64,000 nucleotides of DNA from Candidatus Kaiserbacteria bacterium (GTDB lineage Bacteria; Patescibacteriota; Minisyncoccia; Phycocordibacterales; JABAAK01). Below, piece by piece: positions 59,602 through 64,000 of this stretch. A program made the translations under genes and the position numbers. The notes under the pieces were generated by a model. The model was not told where the DNA came from and ran no database searches. It was given only the letters and a program-made list of their open reading frames with translations. The first letter of the stretch is position 1, and every line of letters starts with the position of its first letter. Location: the NCBI GenBank assembly GCA_028820405.1, contig JAPPJI010000025.1, forward strand, positions 609-64,608. The letters run 5' to 3'.

Positions 59602-60288
59602 CTACAAAATATACTTTCCTTTCAAGTCGTCCATTGCCACCTCACCGTTCACGAGCGTGATGACACGGCCCTTTACTTTGTTTACAACTGACTTGTCATG
59701 TGTGGTGAGAATAACCGTGGTGCCAATCTTATTCACCTGCTTGAGAATGCTGATGACTTCATGAGAGTTCACCGGATCAAGGTTTCCGGTCGGCTCATCA
59801 GCAAGAAGCAATTCCGGCTGACTCACGATGGCCCGGGCAATCGCAACACGCTGCTGCTCACCGCCTGAGAGCTCCTGCGGAAATGACCATGCTTTCTTTT
59901 GCAGATCAACGAGTTCCAGTGCATACGGCACATCACTCTCAATCTTGTCCTCTTCATAGCCGAGTGCCTCCATTGCAAAAGCAATGTTTTCAAACACGGT
60001 CTTTTTCGACAGCAACCGAAAGTCCTGAAAAATGACACCGGTATTTCGTCGGTGCTCAAGGAGTTCACGCTCTGACATGTCGGCAATGTCAATTCCCGCT
60101 CGACATACCGATCCCGTGTGAGGATCTTCCTCGCCGAGGATGAGTTTGAAGAGCGTGCTTTTTCCTGACCCGGAATGACCGACTAAGGTGACAAACTCGT
60201 CATACCCGACACCAAACGAAACATCGTGAACGGCAACCGAATCACCATACCGCTTAGCCGCCTTGTCAAACGAGATGATGGTGTCCAT
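59602..60288 (-). CDS. ftsE: cell division ATP-binding protein FtsE
   Basis: It has [24 protein letters not shown] and Walker B DEPTGNLD. Confidence 0.9.
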   Translation of the reverse strand: MDTIISFDKAAKRYGDSVAVHDVSFGVGYDEFVTLVGHSGSGKSTLFKLILGEEDPHTGSVCRAGIDIADMSERELLEHRRNTGVIFQDFRLLSKKTVFENIAFAMEALGYEEDKIESDVPYALELVDLQKKAWSFPQELSGGEQQRVAIARAIVSQPELLLADEPTGNLDPVNSHEVISILKQVNKIGTTVILTTHDKSVVNKVKGRVITLVNGEVAMDDLKGKYIL

Positions 60289-60353
60289 AGATAGTGGTCA
60301 TTTTAACACAGGATTTTCTCAGGCAGAACAGATTTTACCCACCCTGCCGCACC

Positions 60354-61247
60354 TTAGAGACCTGATTGCAACGCATCAATGAACCCGTCAATCTTACCCT
60401 CAAAGACATCGTCAGGATTGCTCTCCTCATAGTCAACACGAAGATCCTTCACTAACTTGTACGGATGCAGGACATAGGATCGTACCTGGTTTCCCCACTC
60501 AATGCCGGCCTTCTTGTCGAACGACAGGTCACGAAGCTGTTCCACCTGCCGCTTCTGCATCAGCATGAGCAGCTTCCCCCGCAGGATCTCTAAAGCAGCC
60601 TCTTTGTTCCGCACCTGTGATCGCTCCCGCTCAACACGAACGGTCAGTCCTGACGGCACATGCCGAACACGAACCGCCGTCTCCCGCTTGTTCACATTCT
60701 GACCGCCGGGACCGCCGGCGTTCATAAAGGTCACCTCAAGATCATCCTCAGGAATGGCCACCTCCTTGATCGGCGGGACCTTTGGTGTCACGTCAACGAG
60801 CACAAACGACGTGTGTCGTTGCTTCTTCGCATTAAACGGAGAGATGCGAACCAGTCGATGCACACCGGTCTCGTGCTTGAGCAGCCCGTACGCCGACGGG
60901 TCATCAACGGCAAGCGTAATATTTTTGTAACCGCCGACCGGTGTTTCATGCCGATCGACTTCGTATAGAGAAAACCCCTGCTTCTGTGCATACCGACGGT
61001 ACATGTCGGCAAGGATGCGGGCAAAATCTTCGGCATCGTCACCGCCGGTACCGGCAATGATGGTAATAACCGCAGGAAAGGTATCTCCTGACGACCCGCT
61101 ACGTTTGAGATCATTGTACCGACGCACCACCTCCTGTGACACCTCCTTGTTGTCCCAAAATCCCGGCTCTGCCATTTGTTGCTCAAGGTCACGGAGTTCC
61201 GCTTCCCGTTTCTTGTCATGCATATGCACGTTCACTATACCACCCAT
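60354..61247 (-). CDS. prfB: peptide chain release factor 2 (short, no programmed frameshift visible)
   Basis: It has the SPF motif (RISPFNAKKQRHTSF) and a GGQ motif (GGPGGQNVNKRETAVRV). At 297 aa the N-terminal domain 1 is truncated compared with E. coli. Confidence 0.8.
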   Translation of the reverse strand: MGGIVNVHMHDKKREAELRDLEQQMAEPGFWDNKEVSQEVVRRYNDLKRSGSSGDTFPAVITIIAGTGGDDAEDFARILADMYRRYAQKQGFSLYEVDRHETPVGGYKNITLAVDDPSAYGLLKHETGVHRLVRISPFNAKKQRHTSFVLVDVTPKVPPIKEVAIPEDDLEVTFMNAGGPGGQNVNKRETAVRVRHVPSGLTVRVERERSQVRNKEAALEILRGKLLMLMQKRQVEQLRDLSFDKKAGIEWGNQVRSYVLHPYKLVKDLRVDYEESNPDDVFEGKIDGFIDALQSGL

Positions 61248-61293
61248 GCAAAAAAATATGCCCGCTACCTGGTATAGGTAACGGGCACACCGG

Positions 61294-61797
61294 TCATCTC
61301 TTTTCTTTGAGATATCGCCGGAATCTCTCTATCTTGAGATCATACAACCGCGACGCAATCTGATCATTCACCTGCTTCGCATGGAACATGTCCTGATGCA
61401 GAAAGTGCTTGCTGTCCTCCAGCTGCCATCGCTCACCGATACCTCCGTCAATGTGAGACTGGATATCGTGAACAACGGCTTCATGTGCAGCACCCTCTTC
61501 CCTGAAACGTTCCATCTCTGCTTTTGCCGCCAAGACACCGGCCGAGAGGCTATCAATCTCCCGCTGCAACGCTGCGGTACGATGCTCCTCGTCTGCAATA
61601 CGACCTTGTATGTACCGTGCAAAAAACGGAGGCACCGCCTCTCGCTTTTCCGGCGATACAACCGGCTGGACCGGTGTCTCATGGAGAAAGTGCAGAGTGA
61701 ATGCACAGATTGAACAAATACCGAGGGAAACCCCCACGAAGGCAGGGAATATGAGTTCACGATCAGTGAACCTCGGCATCCTGTCAAGAAGTGACAT
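61294..61797 (-). CDS. hypothetical membrane-anchored coiled-coil protein
   Basis: An N-terminal transmembrane segment (LIFPAFVGVSLGICSICAF) is followed by a charged helical region. Confidence 0.45.
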   Translation of the reverse strand: MSLLDRMPRFTDRELIFPAFVGVSLGICSICAFTLHFLHETPVQPVVSPEKREAVPPFFARYIQGRIADEEHRTAALQREIDSLSAGVLAAKAEMERFREEGAAHEAVVHDIQSHIDGGIGERWQLEDSKHFLHQDMFHAKQVNDQIASRLYDLKIERFRRYLKEKR

Positions 61798-61887
61798 AAC
61801 CGTCTCCTTTCGCCTCCTCTATGAGCAATCGTGGATCCTCTTTTGTATATATAGGACACTCTGTCGATATCAACAAGCCCTGTTTAC

Positions 61888-61964
61888 TGGTGCTGACGGG
61901 TGGAGTTGAACCACCGACCTTGGGTTTATGAGTCCCACGCTCTAACCAACTGAGCTACGTCAGC
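61888..61964 (-). tRNA. tRNA-Met(CAU), elongator-like. CCA is encoded.
   Basis: Acceptor GCTGACG/CGTCAGC, D arm TAGCTCAGTTGGTTAGAGC and anticodon loop CTCATAA. It could alternatively be tRNA-Ile2. Confidence 0.75.
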
Positions 61965-62040
61965 GAATACACTGTATGGTACCACACCTACCTATTTTCA
62001 AGGTTTTTGACCTCCAGGCGGGGTATACTACGGTGTATAA

Positions 62041-62111
62041 AGCGGGTATAGTTTAGTGGCAGAACGTGGCCTTCCCAAGGCTAAAACGGGAGTTCGATTC
62101 TCCCTACCCGC
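62041..62111 (+). tRNA. tRNA-Gly(CCC). CCA is not encoded.
   Basis: Acceptor GCGGGTA/TACCCGC, anticodon loop TTCCCAA and T arm GGGAG-TTCGATT-CTCCC. Confidence 0.8.
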
Positions 62112-62253
62112 ACAAAACCCCCTATTTGCTGGATATAGGGCAAAAAGACTTGCCAAAATAGTACTTTTAGTGTATCACACTAGCAAGGGGAAAACCCTGA
62201 GATCTTTTACTTACCAAACCCCATCCGACAACTCATAACCAGGAGAAAGTATC

Positions 62254-62745
62254 ATGGAAGTGTTGGATCAAATTGCGGCCAGTGTTCCGTTCGCCATTCG
62301 AGTTTTGTTGGTCACCGCCGCTTTTATCGGCGGCATTGCCGTCCTACTGAGGCTAACCTTCAGTGCCAGTCAAGAGGCAGCCACCCAGCAGCAGAATCAC
62401 GAAACGGGAATCGCCCTCCTGCCGGCGGAAGAGACCGGGCGCGAGCAGCTCCGTTTTCGCAGAGCAGCTGCGAATTTGGCCGGTGATGTCATCAACCTGG
62501 GCAGAACTGCTCACAGCAAAGCCGTCAAGGCTGGTGAAGCTGGCGAAAAACTCGGTTCCGTAGCCGTTGAGGCGATACAATACGGCTCCGAAATCGCTGA
62601 CGACGATGCCAACATCGGCAACTCGAAAGACGAGTCGACGAAGCATCTGACGAAGATGAAGAAGTATCGCGAGCAAATCGCCAAAGCCTCGACCCAGTTG
62701 GACGAGGCTTTGGCGGCGGCCAAGGAGCAAAAGGCCAAGAAGTAG
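62254..62745 (+). CDS. hypothetical membrane-anchored protein
   Basis: A GGAGAAAG RBS, an N-terminal transmembrane segment and an Ala/Lys-rich helical C-terminus. Confidence 0.5.
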   Translation: MEVLDQIAASVPFAIRVLLVTAAFIGGIAVLLRLTFSASQEAATQQQNHETGIALLPAEETGREQLRFRRAAANLAGDVINLGRTAHSKAVKAGEAGEKLGSVAVEAIQYGSEIADDDANIGNSKDESTKHLTKMKKYREQIAKASTQLDEALAAAKEQKAKK

Positions 62746-62812
62746 ATGGGTTACCCGGCAACACCTGCGACCGAAGCGGCCCTCACAGGCTGATCGGCGG
62801 AGGTTGCCACCA

Positions 62813-62850
62813 CGGGGACTGCACACACGTGCAGTCCCCTTCTTTTTTTG
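62813..62850 (+). terminator. Rho-independent terminator
   Basis: The hairpin GGGGACTGCAC-acac-GTGCAGTCCCC is followed by TTCTTTTTTT. Confidence 0.6.
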
Positions 62851-62861
62851 CATTCGTTTTT

Positions 62862-63956
62862 TCAAACACGACGTCTCTGACGTTTCGCCCGCACCGCCTG
62901 TACCTGCCGCACCTTTTTTCGAACAAGTGCCATTTTTGCCGCACGCCGTGCCCGTCTTCTTCGGTCATGGATAACAAGGAAGAGGAGGATCAGGGAAACG
63001 AGAACAGACACCTCAATTGCAAACGCCCATGGCTCAGGCATGCTGAAGCGGTAGGTTGGGGGTGTCTCAAGCCAAACAACGTTGGCAGGATATGCTCCTC
63101 TCTCCGCAGCACGGTACGCAAACCGAGCAGTGATGACGGAAAGACCGCCCCAGGCAGAACTATCAACGTCAATCTCCCACTCCTTTGTGCTCCCCCGCAC
63201 GACAGACGACTGATCACGCAAGTGCGAGAGAAGCGGGGAAAACGGAAAAGAACGAACGTCTATTCCGGCGTCAGTAGTAATGGACACCGTACCGCTATTT
63301 TGCACCGACAGGTGAGCAATATATCCGCCACCCGATCGATCGGTCACCCACAGCTGCGGATTCCGCAGCTCCCGAACCACCTCCCCCGGAACAGTCAGAG
63401 AGATACGAATCGTCACCCGCGTCTTCAGGGCAACACCAGTACCGTATGAACTGCCAACCCCCTGATCTTCGATAACAATACAGCCGGCATGCTCGCCGGG
63501 TTCTGCCCGATCCGGAACGGTGACAGAAAAGGGGACAAACTTGTTTTCATAAGCAGGCACCGTTACCACGCCCCCTTGCACCGTAACCCATGATCCGACT
63601 GCATCACGTGCTTCTTCTGCACAGGAGAGCTCCCCGTCACGAGAGATCTCCACATCAACCGCAGAGACAACAATAATCTTTTCTTCACTTGAATCATTCA
63701 CCACAATCACCCCGTCTTCAATAACGGAGCCGGGAGGTGCCGTGTGAATAAAGATGGATTCGCTTTCCCGATCATCAAAACGGGAGGTTGCGGTCACTGC
63801 ATCAACACCGCCGTAGGGAGTGGTGTGTACGGGTACAGCGACACTCATGCATAGGGTCATAAACACCCCACCCCACCACAAACCAGACATACGAATCATC
63901 ATACTGCCTGCATCATACCACTGACATTGCGAGACAATCTTGCACCTCACCTCCAA
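62862..63956 (-). CDS. hypothetical cell-surface protein with a signal peptide and a C-terminal transmembrane segment plus a basic tail
   Basis: It has an N-terminal signal peptide and a C-terminal AIEVSVLVSLILLFLVIHDRRRRARR. Confidence 0.5.
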   Translation of the reverse strand: MEVRCKIVSQCQWYDAGSMMIRMSGLWWGGVFMTLCMSVAVPVHTTPYGGVDAVTATSRFDDRESESIFIHTAPPGSVIEDGVIVVNDSSEEKIIVVSAVDVEISRDGELSCAEEARDAVGSWVTVQGGVVTVPAYENKFVPFSVTVPDRAEPGEHAGCIVIEDQGVGSSYGTGVALKTRVTIRISLTVPGEVVRELRNPQLWVTDRSGGGYIAHLSVQNSGTVSITTDAGIDVRSFPFSPLLSHLRDQSSVVRGSTKEWEIDVDSSAWGGLSVITARFAYRAAERGAYPANVVWLETPPTYRFSMPEPWAFAIEVSVLVSLILLFLVIHDRRRRARRAAKMALVRKKVRQVQAVRAKRQRRRV

Positions 63957-64000
63957 TCATGTTCCACACGTTGACTGTTCTGGGATTTCATGTGTTGACA

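Noticed and set aside
61248-61330. Programmed +1 frameshift site for prfB
   Set aside because: No CTTTGAC or comparable shifty stop was found. The upstream frame belongs to a different coiled-coil protein.
1-64000. CRISPR arrays, IS elements or transposases, integrases
   Set aside because: There are no regularly spaced direct repeats and no recognisable transposase or integrase ORFs anywhere in the window.

Overview
The window is a gene-dense, roughly 52% GC chromosomal segment from what looks like a small-genome bacterium, with housekeeping genes on both strands. Reduced protein forms (a short UvrC and RF2, a ThrRS without the TGS domain), tRNAs that mostly do not encode CCA, FemAB plus a Mur ligase, and rplK not followed by rplA together suggest a Gram-positive-type CPR/Saccharibacteria- or Parcubacteria-like organism. 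That lineage call is inference only.

Clear core genes, in order:
- DNA repair and nucleotide genes: ruvX, recG, dcd overlapping ung, uvrC, thrS-uvrA operon, rnhA, recA, ssb, a recO-like gene, a MutY-like HhH-GPD glycosylase.
- Translation and RNA: smpB with an adjacent one-piece tmRNA, efp, rpsF, secE-nusG-rplK, ileS, two tandem RNase J paralogs, prfB, and five tRNAs (Ile-UAU, Leu-UAA, Gln-UUG, Met-CAU, Gly-CCC).
- Division and envelope: ftsH, ftsK, ftsEX, a MurE-like Mur ligase plus FemAB, a DUF3179-thioredoxin-CcdA extracytoplasmic redox cluster, a livHMGF operon with a convergent livK, an AI-2E transporter.
- Accessory: a partial AAA_21-type ATPase at the left edge, an AT-richer type II restriction-modification pair next to tRNA-Ile, and many small secreted, lipoprotein or membrane micro-ORFs with their own promoters and terminators.

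Most notable observations:
- IleRS carries an intact histidine-phosphatase (RHG/PGAM-type) domain of about 190 aa inserted in its catalytic core.
- The upstream RNase J paralog has lost the HxHxDH and beta-CASP catalytic residues.
- tRNA-Ile has a UAU anticodon.
- Two paralogous small secreted proteins plus a 28-aa micropeptide form a duplicated promoter-gene-terminator cassette.
- A 1197-aa domain-less orphan protein is present.
- A gene-poor structured region lies downstream of ssrA.
- A putative sRNA with promoter and terminator lies upstream of uvrC.
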